From contig JAYWIR010000025.1 in NCBI GenBank assembly GCA_036172245.1, forward strand, positions 1,054,001-1,118,000: a stretch of 64,000 nucleotides of DNA, read 5' to 3'. Source of the DNA: Raillietiella orientalis. Its lineage: Eukaryota. Each line of letters opens with the position of its first letter. Positions within the stretch are counted from its first letter, which is position 1. This document shows positions 39,510 through 51,350 of the stretch, piece by piece. The notes under the pieces were generated by a model. That model was not told the DNA's origin. It saw nothing but the letters and a program-made list of their open reading frames with translations, and made no database searches. A program made the translations under genes and the position numbers.

Positions 39510-39910
39510 GATTGGTGGCACAGACAGAAGGTTGAAGCTCCAGCTGGTTAGAGAGGGAAAACAACGCAAGGTACATGCATTCGTCGTTGGCTTTCTGGGA
39601 GTCTGGGATCCAGGAAATGAAGTACTGCAAGATCTAGGAATTTCCAAGAAGCAATTGGTGACAATGAGGCACCGGACGGTGGCTTCATGTATGTGGTACT
39701 CCAGCGATGTTTATGCGGTCCACGTCACACGGAAAGGCGACAACCAGCCGGAGAACCCCAGAGGTCAGCTATTACCAAACCGAGGACAGGAAGCGCAGGG
39801 AACAACTAGATGGGAGGCGACGAGTGTCCCAGATAAACAGAAGGGGAACCACGGAAGAATGTCCAAAGTTCCACCCTGTTAGGACCTGTTAGAACTATAT
39901 GAACAATAAA
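39510..39910 (+). mobile_element. 5'-truncated NeSL/Utopia-like RLE non-LTR retrotransposon 3' end
   Basis: KVHAFVVGFLGVWDPGNEVLQDLGISKKQLVTMRHRTVASCMWYSSDVYAVHVT closely follows the NeSL/Utopia C-terminal consensus V.AFVVGALG.WDP.NE.+L..LG+...M....+S..+..SRD+Y.EHV+G. AATAAA at 39905-39910. Confidence 0.8.
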
Positions 39911-40599
39911 ACTTCACTTCCTGGACAAAGCCCATCGTGCCTCTTCGTTCAATTTAACCGCGAAAATCCAGGGACCACCTTCCAGGGGATCAGGGACTGA
40001 GAGAGTGTTCTGGAACTTTTAGGTTGTGCAGCTGCTGCTGAGGTGAAGGTGAAGATGAGATGGAGACGGTGATGAGGCGTAGTGCTAAAAAACTGCGATT
40101 CCAACGCATAGGATGTAATGTGGGGTGAAAATGGGGAGTTAGCTGAAGGGTGAAAGTGCGATCTGGGAGAGGAGGAAGAGCATGGAGGCAGGCAAATATG
40201 TAAGTTCGCGGTGCACAGCGCTGGTAATCGTCGGGGAAAGGAGGAGCTTTCAGAGAGCTCGTAGAGTTAAATCTTGGCGGGGGCGGCGCGAGTGGCTTAT
40301 CTCAGGTGAGCTGAGATCACGCAGAAAGTCAGGTCGGTCTCTTTCCACTGGCCACACTGAACTCTGGAACCAGGAGGGTCACAAGACCCCTTCTACCGGA
40401 AAGACGGACGGACGAGGGACGAGAGTGCGTTCTGATGCAAAAAGGGACCGAAAGTTCCCCTTTGGGGATTCAGTAATGAACTGCGCAGTGTAATGGACAC
40501 CGGAGGGGACAAATCAGTTAAGGCCGTGACAGCAGATCGGGATGGCCAGCACAAGTTGCGGAAGCAAAACGGGGAGGAGGAAGAGACGTAGAGTGCGAT

Positions 40600-42600
40600 G
40601 GCCTTGCAACGCTGCTTGTGTCAAGCGCAGCATGGAAAGGGTAAGTCGAAGACGTGGACCGGCAAACGGCGTTCACCTGGAAAGCAGGTGAGAGAGACCG
40701 CGGGCTAGGCCTGATGCGCCAACGTGGTACAAAGGGGAAATATCGTTAGCTTGGAGAATAACAAAGTGCCTGGCCACGGCCATTCCGTTCACTGATCGCA
40801 TGATGAATATTCTCAAGGGGCAGTGGTGGTCCATGCGATGCTGGACGTCGCCGATAGTGAGTCCCGCGATACCCGCGTGCGCGTTTTTTTTCTTCTTCCT
40901 CCTTTTTCAAGATGCGCTTTGCCATTTGCGATTCCAGTTGGGGGGGTGCTGTGTTTAACGATTTGGGAGAGTCCCTTCTTTAATGAGAGCCGTGGGACGA
41001 CACCACATGGCGAGGCATCACGGGAACGGGGGTTGGGTCCGAGGCGGAAGCTGGCGAGCGAAATCCGAGCTTGAAACCTCGGAGTCGGAAGACGAATCTG
41101 TGAAGGGTGAATGGGCAGTGTCATGCTCAGGCGTCAGCCTACTCTTCCTAAGGTTACGATAAGACGGTCACGAGAGATAGTTTTACGGAAACGAGAGGGT
41201 GGGAAAAGATGACAGAATGTCATAGGCGGCACTCACGAGCATGGATAACGGGAAGGAGATGCTGAGGAGGAAGCTGGCTACGATTCAGGATCCGAGGAAG
41301 ACTCACAAAAATGATGTAGAAAGCACTGACAAGCTGGCAATCTGGAACGCGGGTGGTGCACTCAAACTACAGCACCTGCAACCAGTGATGGATAACAGTG
41401 ACTCTTTCAGAAGTCGAGGAGGAGTTAAAGACGGGGATAAAGACGGCATTTTTCCTCGACATTAGTGGAATATTTAGTGACAGTAAGGATTCTGGGCCAG
41501 CGGCATGAGAGACGTTCGCTTTCCTCGTGGGGTGAGATGTGGACGAAATAGCGGTGATGCTGATGATGTAGCATGCACGGGATGAGGTTCCAAAAACGAC
41601 CTCCTGTCGTTCCGTGAGACTGTTATGGGATTCCCCTACGCACTCACGAGGGCGCAAGTTCGCAGTCAAATTGTCATGCAGTACGAGTTTTGACAGGAGA
41701 GGATGAGTGAAGAACAGTAGACGATGGAAACCGTTGTCTGCTGAGATGCGAAACGTTGCAGTGTCGCCGTGGTGCGGAGCGGACAAACTCCGGCGCTTGC
41801 TCTGCATCTTGCATCCCGCACCTCCTCGCACCCTGTCCATGTTCCAGGGGTTCCTTTGGGACAGAGCACGGAGCGGACGCGAAGCAAGGCTTCGAGAGGA
41901 ACACGTTGCACAACTGATCGGATGCAGCGCGAAGGCGCAGAAGCGCTCGGGTGTCGGAGGAAACTGTGATCGAACAGGAAGGGAGATTCCAGTGGGTTCC
42001 GGTCTGGAAGCTCCACCGTTGCTTTGGCAGGCGTGGGTTCTGGAAGCGGACTACCCTGAGAACGGGTGGTATGGAAACGGCGCCGGACACTTCATACGCA
42101 TTCTCTCCCCTGGTGTACGGTCATAGGAGCTATCGAGGAGCGGAAGGAAAAAAGGAAAGCGGAGAACAAAAGAAGCGGGCGGCAGAAAAGCAGCGCCTGG
42201 CTTGATTTGGTGGCAATCAAGAAAGACGACGAGGCGACGGAGGAGATCCTGGACGCAGGGAACGAAGGCTCGTGGAATTTCGACCACCATCGCACATTCA
42301 GGTGCGGAAAAGGTGGACTCAGGGTGCAAATTGGAGGGGACAATGAAGCCGAGCTGCCGCTGCTGAGAAGAGGAAAAAGACATCTTCCTTTAAAAAGACG
42401 CGGGGACGGAAGGGGCGCTTGCGTAGCAATATCGGGAGTTCCAGGACGCACGATCATTCACACGGTCCCTAAGAAAGGAACCCGAAGTGCAGTTGATGGC
42501 GCTGAAACAGCCTTGCAAGGACACGGTGAAGGATCGAATCTTCCTTTGCAGAGGAAGTGGTGCCATTTTCATCTCCAGACCACGAAATTGGAACGGTGCC
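40600..42600 (-). mobile_element. Very old RLE-type/LINE RT fossil
   Basis: Eroded motifs in RT order: QQRQLGFIVP (Q.GF.P), LVVFLD, NVF/LEALLR (LFN..LE.LLR), ISADN (YADD), QIVKHSTPP...GG (VK.WL.LP...GG). Each is individually weak. Confidence 0.3.
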
Positions 42601-43757
42601 GCTCTAGTCATACGAAGGTCAGAAAGAGGAGGCGACCTGGTTGGGACAGTTTCAGATAAAGCGCGCCTTCGTGCAACCCGAAGCGTTTAACCTCGTAACG
42701 GGACCCTCACGGACAATTACGGCGTCGCCGCGTTTGAGGCATGAAAACGAGTCGGAACCAGTGGTGGTATGCACGGGCTTCACCACGTTGCGTCAACGCC
42801 ACTGGAGTACCGTGCTATCGATTCTTCGGGACGCTGGAAGGACGGTGCGCTGAGGGAACATAAAGAATGATGGTTCAGATATGAGGACGAAGAGATGTCG
42901 GCAAAGGACATCGCCATCGCCATCCGCGGATGGCTCGAGCCAAAGTGCACTGCGCGTCAGAAACGCTCGGGGAACTCGGGATTGAAGGTACGCATGAAAG
43001 AGAATGGACCGCTCCGGCTGGATGTCAGACGCCTTGCATCAGTTGACAAAGGGGATTGCCGAATAGGACGTGAAGGGCTCTGTAGGGTGGTAAGGTGAAG
43101 ATTCGAGAAGACAAGAAGAGGAAGAGGGGAAGGCGCAAAGAAAGGAAGAGTGCCGAAGATGGGGGCTCCCGCACAAGGAGGAAAAAAAGGGGGATGTCAA
43201 GAAGCGGACGATCATTTCCGTCGATTTTCCAGGAAAGTCGTGGAGAGGCGCACCTTGACGGAGGGATCGTAAAGGAGGGTCACGGAGAACCGAAGCACTG
43301 ACGCCCGCAAAGGGAGCAGGAGAGGAAGAGTCGATTAGGGTCGCGGCAGCTCTGGCAGTGTGGCCTCCCATTCCGCTTTTGGGCCTCCCCCGCAACCTTT
43401 CCCCGGACGGACAGGAGAACGTGCGCCGCCACCATCTTGTCAGCTGGGGCGCTCCCGCTGCGCCGCCCAGGCAGCAGGAAAGGAAAAAGCAAAACAGAAT
43501 AAAAGGAATGAAATGGAATGAGGTGGAATTCGAGCGCGTCACACGGTACGGTACAAGAGTACATGAGGCAATCTCAGGAAACGAGAAAATGGACGTGGAT
43601 TTAGCGGGGATCCACGGAGGAGAGGGGATGCCTTCGCTTTGCCGGGCAACACGCTGGGATCGGCTGCGGGAGCGACCCGCAGCAAACCGACAAACCAGGG
43701 TGGCAACGAACGGCGACGGAAGATGCGGTAGAAGAAGAACAAGAAAAGTTCACTTAC

Positions 43758-44630
43758 CAGGAAGGGGAGGTGGCTGACGGCGTGAGACAGGATGGCGACA
43801 GCAAGCACCACGGTCCACCGACAGTCGGGGAACTTCTCGAGGAGCGGGGGAGGCGCTTCGAACCTCAGGTTGTAGTAAACGTTGCGCAGTTGCTGTTGCT
43901 GGTGTTGGTGGTGACTCCCGTGGTATTCGTCGGTGGTGAGGATGGAGGTTTTGGTCGCGGTGCTGTTGGCGCTCGAGTTGGAGAGGGACAGGCGCACAGG
44001 GTCAGCGGCAGAAGCGGCGGCAGTGTCGAACCGCATAGTCCTCTTAGCGGCGGGTCCGCAGCTCTTCCGACAGGAAGAGCAGCCACAGTGGACACAGGCG
44101 GCGCCGGCGAGGAGGGTGACGAGGAGGATGCACTGCAAGCCGATGAAGAACCTCGCGAAGCGGGGGTCCATCTCATGGGGCAGGAAGGAGCACTGCCGGC
44201 GCGACCTAGGTGCAAGGACGGTTGCCATGCCGACGAGGAGGGAGATGACGGATACGACGGCAACGTGGTAGCGCACCTGGTTCCTGCGCACGCTGCACCG
44301 ATAGCGGTACGGCCACAGGGACGCTAGAAGCCTGTCCGTCACCATGGACACTACTGTGGCGACCTGTAGGGTCCGCGTGGTCGTAAGAGCCAGCACCAGG
44401 GCGCTACACAAAGCCTCGATCCCGGGGGCAAACAGGGTGGACAGGGCCCACGAAAAGCTGAGAAGCGCGCTGACCAGGTCCTCAGCGAGAATGGCTACCA
44501 GGAAGACGTCCACGGGTTCCCAGCGGGATCGGAACGAGCGGAACAGGCCGAGCACCCAGTTGAGCAGGGTGACCAGCACAGGGGCCGTCGCCGAGATGCC
44601 GATCCAGCTGTATGTGACCGGCGCGACCAT
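43758..44630 (-). CDS. GPCR coding exon 1 (TM1-TM6)
   Basis: ATG at 44630: MVAPVTYSWIGISATAPVLVTLLNWVLG(TM1)...RWEPVDVFLVAILAEDL(TM2)...ALCSALV...VSMVTDRLLASLWPYRY(TM3/ICL2)...TM4...QCSFLPHE(ECL2 Cys)...TM5...WTVVLAVAILSHAVSHLPFL(TM6). Perfect donor CTG|GTAAGT at 43757, phase 0. Confidence 0.92.
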
Positions 44631-44703
44631 ATGGACACGGCGGTGGTTGGGTGGGAGGAGACAGAAGGGGAGGAGGAGGAGGAGGAAGCGCTTGAGAAGC
44701 GGC

Positions 44704-44854
44704 TCAGTCTTGCTGATGTTGCTGCTGCTGCTGCCGCCGCCGCCACTGCTGAGGTCCTTCCATCTTGCGCACACGCCGAACGAAACGACAGGGATTCAAG
44801 TTGTTGTCCTCAGTACCAAGACGTTGCTGCCCTCCGTGCTCTGAGATTTTTCAT
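44704..44854 (-). promoter_or_regulatory. Two upstream ORFs in the GPCR 5' leader (44854-44810 MKNLRARRAATSWY*; 44763-44704 MEGPQQWRRRQQQQQHQQD*)
   Basis: Both lie between a plausible splice acceptor (ctccctaaattcattccAG|, exon start 44865) and the main ATG at 44630. Confidence 0.5.
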
Positions 44855-45099
44855 GGGAGGCTGTCCTGGAATGAATTTAGGGAGATGAGAAGCATTCTTC
44901 TCCCCTTTCCATTATTGGTGCAGCAGGCAAGGAACAAAGATAATGCCTTCCGAGCCACCTCCACTTTCCCGAGGAAGGGGAGGGGAGGGAGAATTCACGC
45001 GTGGGGTGAATGGCGCGAAATTCGAGAGAAACAGCAGCAGAGATAGCCCCACTTCGGGTCGTCTGTTCCCCCCCCACCCCTTTCCTTTTTTTTTTCTTT

Positions 45100-48000
45100 G
45101 AGGCGTTCGGTGCAAGGATGGACCCGTAGCCTCCAAGAGTTGGCTACCGGTCCGGCTGCCCCTCCCCTCTCCTTTCGCAGGTGAAGCTTCCTGCTCCCGG
45201 CGCGCACGCTTTCTTCCGGAAACCAGCGTCCAGAAAATAGGCGAATGGGGGAAGAGATGGGGTACGGATAAATGGATTTTCTGAAGGGCGGTTGCCAAGG
45301 GAGAGGCGAGGTTGAGAAGGAAGGAGGGGATTTCCTAGCAAAGGGATGAGGCGAAAATGGAGACGCCATCCTTTCGGAAAGGAAAAACTCCCCTCCCCCC
45401 TCCTTGGCGTGGGGTGGGGTGGGTGGGCTGGGCTGAGGAGGAAGGAGAGAGGACTCGGCCCACAGCCAGGAGGAGCGAAAACGAATAGCGAAAGCCCCGC
45501 GTACCTGTGCGTGCGTGCGCGCGCGTTCGTCCGTGCGCGCGCGAAGGAACGTCGTCGTCCGGTTGCGAACACACGCGACGGCGAGACTGGCGACCGCGGG
45601 AAGCGCTCGCCGAAGCCTGGGCGGCGGCAGCGGCGGCGGTGCTGCCATCTGCGGTGCACGCATGTGCGAGCGCGCGCTCTCGCACCTCCTCTTCCGGAGG
45701 ACCGGGAAGACCACCTGCCCGCCTCACCACCATTACCGGGGCATGAGAGGCGAACGAACGTCTCATTCTCCAAGGGATAGGTAGGAACAGAGCGAGGCCC
45801 TCTGCGGACCAGCTACCTGCCCCCGGTCTCCCCGGGAACGGATCGAAAGGAGGGAGACCTTGGCTATCCTTTCGAATGTCCAGCAGAAGCTGCCCCGATG
45901 GGTCACTTCTGCGTATCAAAACTTCCCAAGGCCTGGCGTCCGGGAGGGGGAGCAGAGACACGGCCGAATCCCAGTGCCGCCCATCCCTTCCCCTTGTGTG
46001 TTGAACGAACGTCCGAAACCGGGAAGGGGAAAGAGGGGGGAGAAAAAGGCGTTCTCTGCAGCCTTGGTGAGGTCACGAGACTCCCCAGAGGAAAGCGGCT
46101 TCTCTACTCTCTCGCCAGTCGAACAGCGGTAGCCACTGGCAACGCGAAAACGGGGTCTCGGAAGCGGAAGCCTTCCACGGCCGATATCTAGGAGAATCCT
46201 AGGCAGAGCCCACAAGGGCGACGGGAGTCCTGGTTCATGAACGGACTCGCGCGCGCGTGCGCTGAGAGAGAACGGGAAGGCGCTGGTGGGTAAGACAAGC
46301 CAGGCACAGAAGGGACCCATCAGCCTGGAGTTTTTCCCTCGCGGAGCATTCTCGCGCACTGTTCCTCGGTCTGTGGCCTTCGCTTAGGCTGCGTGCGCAG
46401 TTCTCGGAGGACGCGCGGTGAGCCACTTCCGAGACGATCTCCCGGCTCACGGGGCGGCGGGTGGGCGAAAAGCACCTTGCGTCCGTCCCCCAGTTGCCCG
46501 GGAATGCAGCCACATTCTTCTCCCCCCCCCCTCGAGCTCCTTAGGGAACTGCGCTGCCATGCAGAGAAGGACGCTTCCGGGGAGAGAGGACAGAACCGCC
46601 CTGGAAGTCACGACGGCGCAACCCCTGGGATATGGGCGCGGCTGAGCGCGTAGGCGTCACGCTTGCAGGGGCACCCCACGCGCCTGCCTGCGCGCTGATC
46701 CCAAGCGAAAGGGCGATTTCCGCGGGGATGGGCGCGCATCGCGGTTCCAGCGCACGCCCTTTCTTGCCACCCGGTTTCGTTACCTCGCTGCTGTTCTCAG
46801 GTAGATCGCGTCCCTGACTCTCACGTCCCCCCCCCCCTTCCCTCTTCCTTGAACCTTACTGACTTCAACGTCATTAGAGCGTCGAAGTTCGGGGAGGAAG
46901 CACGGGAAAACCAAGGGGCCACGGCGCGGACTGAGGAGCAGCTCGCCAGGATGCTTCGCGCGGGAAATACGCTAGTCTGGAAGGCCCCTTGCGGCGTTCA
47001 TCCCCTCTCCGCGCATGGCTCTTGCCAACGGACGGCTCCCCGTTCTCTCTCGCCCTCCCGCGCGCGTGCACGAGCGAGCGAGTTTCGTAGGGACCCTTGA
47101 ACGTCCGTCTGCGATTCCGTGCGTGCGACGCGCCCCCTGCTCGCGTGCGATCTGCTTCATCCGCCCTGTGGGGGCCTCCCGCGTGGAGGGACGCCCGGGG
47201 TGGCCGAGTTTCCCCTCGCGAGCCGCCGCCGCGCCCTCTGCTTTGGCCGCTTCCTGGTCCTCCCTCGCGTTCCGCGCGATCAGGTCCAAGCGGCACCTGA
47301 TGCTGCCTTCTGCGAGGGCCGCGCAAGCATTGCCATCTCTCGAGGGACTTCGTTACTGCGGGAAGAGACGGCGAAGGATCCGGTCCCTCTCCCCAAGAGG
47401 TGTCGCCCTCGTTTCGGCGCCCGGCATCTCTGGCAGCACCTTTCTCCCCTCTCCCTCCCAGCCCCTTTCTCCTATCAGCCTCCTCCCCCTGCGCTGCGAC
47501 GCTCGGCTTCTTTCCTGGTCTCCGTGCCGCTGCCTACGCGAAGCGCGAGATGTTGGCATGTTCACGGTTTTTGGGGACCGTCACTTCGCCTCTTACCAGA
47601 TCCGAGGTCCTCCCTACCCTCCCTCCCTTTCCGATCCGGAAGCGCGACGGAGGGAGAGTGGAGCGTTTTTCCCTTCCTACGACCCCAGTGAGGGGCTCTC
47701 AGAGCCTCCCCCCCTCCTTTCCTCAGCGAGCGAGCGCAAATGGAGGCCTTTGCTCTCCTCCAGTCGGCTGCTTCTCGTCTCCGGCAACACCGTCGTCGCG
47801 TAGTCCTGCCTTCGTGTCGTCAGGATGAAGCCCTGCAGATCGACTCTCTGTCGGCTTAGAGCTTGAGAGGGTATTCGCTCTGGGAGGAAGGGATAGAGAA
47901 GGGGTGTCTCTCTCGAGTTTCGTTCTTTAATTGCTATTATCTTCTCACTTCAGAGGCGCTGGAATCGATGGCCCAGGCGGACGCTCCCAGAAGAGCCGGC

Positions 48001-51000
48001 TGCCTTTTCCTTCCGTCCGTTCCCTGCTGTCCCTCATCCAGCACTCGGATGGCTGCGCGGAGCCACCCACACGGAGGCAGTGGGTGCCATGGAGACCATG
48101 AGAATCCCCTCAGCGGGCGGACCCGCCTCGCTCCGATCGCCGTCCGCGTGAAGGGCATCCGTCCGTGTCCCGGCGACCACACCCCGCCCTCCGCGGAATG
48201 CGCGCGCTCGAGGGCGAGCTCCCAGGACGGTGGAGCCGCTCCCACCTTCCCCCTCGGTCGGTGGGATGGGAGTCGGGAGCAACTGACCTCCCGTACTTCC
48301 CCTGCTCCCGCTCCTGTCTCCCTGCGCTCTTCGGGAATGAGGGGGCTAGGGAAGGAGAGGAACCTCCTCTCCAGCGACTCGAAGAGCGAGCGCCTTGGAA
48401 CGCCCTCGGGCCTTGCTGCTCCGGTCAGCGAGCTCGCGGACTCCGCGTAGCCCTGGGGCACGCTTTGGGGCGAGGAGCTGCGCAGAGGCTCCGGATCTGC
48501 GGACCTTCCCCTTCGCCGCTCTCGGAAGCGGCTCCTCCACTGCACAGTCTTCCGGGAACCAGAACCTCGGTGGAAGCGCTCTTGCGTCGGTGTTGCCGCA
48601 GGAGAGCCGACGGTAGGAAGACGGAGATGCGGCTGCTCGGGCAGACTCCGGGAGCTCTCAAGAGAGGTGGAAGGACGGAAGCAACCTCAACCCAAGGAGG
48701 TCATTCCTGCCTTGTCTCCCTTCCAAGCCGTCCGGGTCCAGGAGTCGTGACGTCATATTCGCGGAAGGAGGCCGAAGGAAGGGACCACCCACTGGAGGAC
48801 GACACGCTTCACGAAGGCGCGCAATTTCAGCCTCCCCTCCGTTCTCCCTTCCCCCCCAGAGGAGGAGGAGGAAGAGATACCGATGAGGTTCCTTCGGAAG
48901 ACCCTCTGGCATCCGGAGCGAGGCGGTGGGACTCCATGGTCGGACATTCCCCGCCGGACTTCGACCCGCCCGCCGAAGGTCGCCTGGAGACGACCCCGCC
49001 CACTCAACGGCCGGCTGCCTCGTCCCCGACTTCAGCGCATCCTAACGGGGAGCCCGAGCGGACGGACAGAAGAGAGGTGGTGTGAAGAAGGAGGAGGACC
49101 GCCATGGAGTCTTCGTGGCGTGCCTTCCTCCCCCCTTTCTTCTTCCCCAGAGGTAGGAGAGGCTCCATCGACCTTCACCCTTCGAAGAGTACGCTGCTGC
49201 TCCGAAGTCTTCTGGACGAGCTGCTGGGCCGGCAGAAGCGGGAGGCCGTTCCCTCCCACAGCATCCTTTCCCTCCGTCCTGCCTCTCCTGCTCCCGAGCA
49301 GTGATCCTGTAGGGATGCTGCTGCCACCCCTGCTTGCTCTTTCAGGAGTCCCTCGGCCACAGATGGCGTCTCCACCTCAGACCTCTCCACGCTGCTCCCG
49401 TCGCCGCTCCGCCACGCGGAGGGCGCTGTTGGCTCACGTGGTTGGCGTCCCCCGCAGACAGGGGGGCAGCCGCGATCGGGATGCGCAACCTACCGCCTAT
49501 GTCACTATGGCACTCATAGTCGCCGGGCGGTGGTGGTGAGGGCGCGCTAACCACAATCCCTACTCTTGTTCCATTGTCCGGGATCCGTGGCGGAGCGGAT
49601 TTGAGCGCTTCTTGTCTCCTCTCCTTCCATCTGCTCTTACCGATGCTGGCCTCCTTGTTATGAAGGTGCTTCGCTTGCTCCCCCTCTTTCCTCTCCTCCC
49701 TTCTTAGCCTATCTTCCACCGTTTCTCTCTTTTCCACTCTTCCTTTCTTTCTCTTTCTCTTCTTTCTTCCCTTCCTGCTGTCCTCTTCCTCCCCCCCCCT
49801 CTTCTTCCTTCCTTCCTCCTCTTCCTCCCTTTCTTCTTCCTCTTCGTCCTTCTCCCTTTTGCCCTTCGCCCCCCTTGCCCTTCCTTCACTCCGTTTCTCC
49901 TGTCGCGGATCTGCGCAGCCCCCCTGCGGGCTAGCTGCCGAGCACACGGTGGAAGGGGCCTGCGTGTGCGCCCACGCGTGATTCATGGGACAGCCGGCAG
50001 CGCGCGCCGAGCATTCCCCAACCCACGAATGGCGCACGAGGGAGGGGGAGAAAAAAATGCATCCATTACTCTGTGATTCTTGAACGCGTGTGATGCTTTC
50101 GCGGTTGTCAAGGAAACGGAACGGTCCATTAAGTAAGCACTGGGTCCCCGCGTGGCCATAAATAAAGCAACTCTGACTTTCGGGATGTGCATCATGTGAT
50201 CATGATGACCTTCGCATGCTTCCAGGTTACCGGCCTGAGTGAGGAAGCGTCGGGAAAACAGGGTACGGTATTGAGGGGAGGGGGCGCGGGGGGGGAACTT
50301 TCACACACGGCGTGTGTTGTACTTGCGGGCGATAGAGCCCACGAGGAGCAGTGTGCGCCCCCGCCTGCCTCCCTGCCACGCGATCCATCCCAGGTCCCCA
50401 AATTCTGAGGAGGTGGTTTGTGAGGGTGTGAGCTGGAGAGGAAGGGCTAAGCATCCTGGCTCTCCGGCATCCTCGGAAACTCGCTTCTCTCTCTCTCTCT
50501 CTACCGGCCCTAGTAGCAGCAGACAACAGGCCCTCTTTCCACTCCCACGGCAACCGTCTCCTCGATGGCAAATCCCGGAGGGGTTTCAGCGATCTTCTTC
50601 CGGGATCTGCGGGCTGCCCCCACATCCTTTGGGGAAAGTCGGGAAACTCGAGTACCCCCTCTCCTGTCCCGCTCTCGCAGCCGGATTACGCGCGAAGGCT
50701 GAGGCGGGCGAGAAGAGAGGGAAACGGAAGTGCCCCTGTAGACAGACCGAGGATAGCTCATCCTCCTCGCCTCGCCGGAAGATTCGAGGAGCACCGCTCC
50801 CCGCCACCGACGGCGAACAACGACGTGACACCGTGTCTGGGTCAGCTTCGAGAGAGGGGGGAGGGAAGGGGCGGAGGGGAATGACCTCGGGCGTCGAGAT
50901 TTTCCAGCCTCCTCCCCAGCAAGGAGCGCCCCATCATAAATTCAGTGCTGCCAGAGTTCACGAGCGGCAACGGTCCAGCTCGCTAGCTTCGGGAGATCCT

Positions 51001-51350
51001 CGTTCTCGGCGATTCGTTCCGCTTTCCCGAACGGCCCACGGTCATTTATAAACTTTCCCGGGAGCGCACCGCACCCGCCTTCCTCCTCCGTTTCGGAGCT
51101 CCTCTAAGGAAACGCGCCATGAGTTTCTGATCTGGACGGAAGAACCTGTTTCCAGACAGCGGCCTAGACCCATCCTTCCGAGCGTGTTCCACGCGGCGGC
51201 GCACGCGCACCTCCGGCGCTTGCACGGGTCGTTTCCACCCCTTCCCCTTTTTTGGCCACCATCACGCCTGATGCGCGCGCACATGCGCGCGACGCCCCTC
51301 GGAGCACCGTGGTGAGTGGATGCGTTCCGTATCCTCCTTCACGTCCCTCC
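45100..51350. promoter_or_regulatory. CpG-island-like region upstream of the GPCR CDS; probable promoter and 5' non-coding exon(s)
   Basis: Very high GC/CpG. Minus-strand donor-like CAG|GTACGC at 45504 with Inr-like CCAGTC at 45590-45585. TGACGTCA at 48748-48755. Confidence 0.4.
49676..49900 (+). repeat. Polypyrimidine (CT-rich) tract
   Basis: ~220-nt C/T-dominated run. Confidence 0.88.

Larger units (their letters stand above)
8143..44630 (-). other. Gene model: orphan class A GPCR, GPR153/GPR162-like; CDS join(44630..43758,18282..18096,15934..15806,8963..8143), 669 aa
   Basis: Four exons with canonical GT-AG sites and matching phases (0,1,1). Lengths 873+187+129+821=2010 nt give an uninterrupted ORF with seven hydrophobic helices followed by a long hydrophilic tail. 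Confidence 0.85.

Noticed and set aside
43539..43757. C-terminal part of the 411-aa ORF (VSELFLFFF...)
   Set aside because: Read-through past a perfect GTAAGT donor; the true TM7 is in exon 2.
44631..44774. N-terminal extension MCARWKD... of the 411-aa ORF
   Set aside because: It starts at GTG, not ATG, and is low complexity. The first in-frame ATG is at 44630, directly before TM1.
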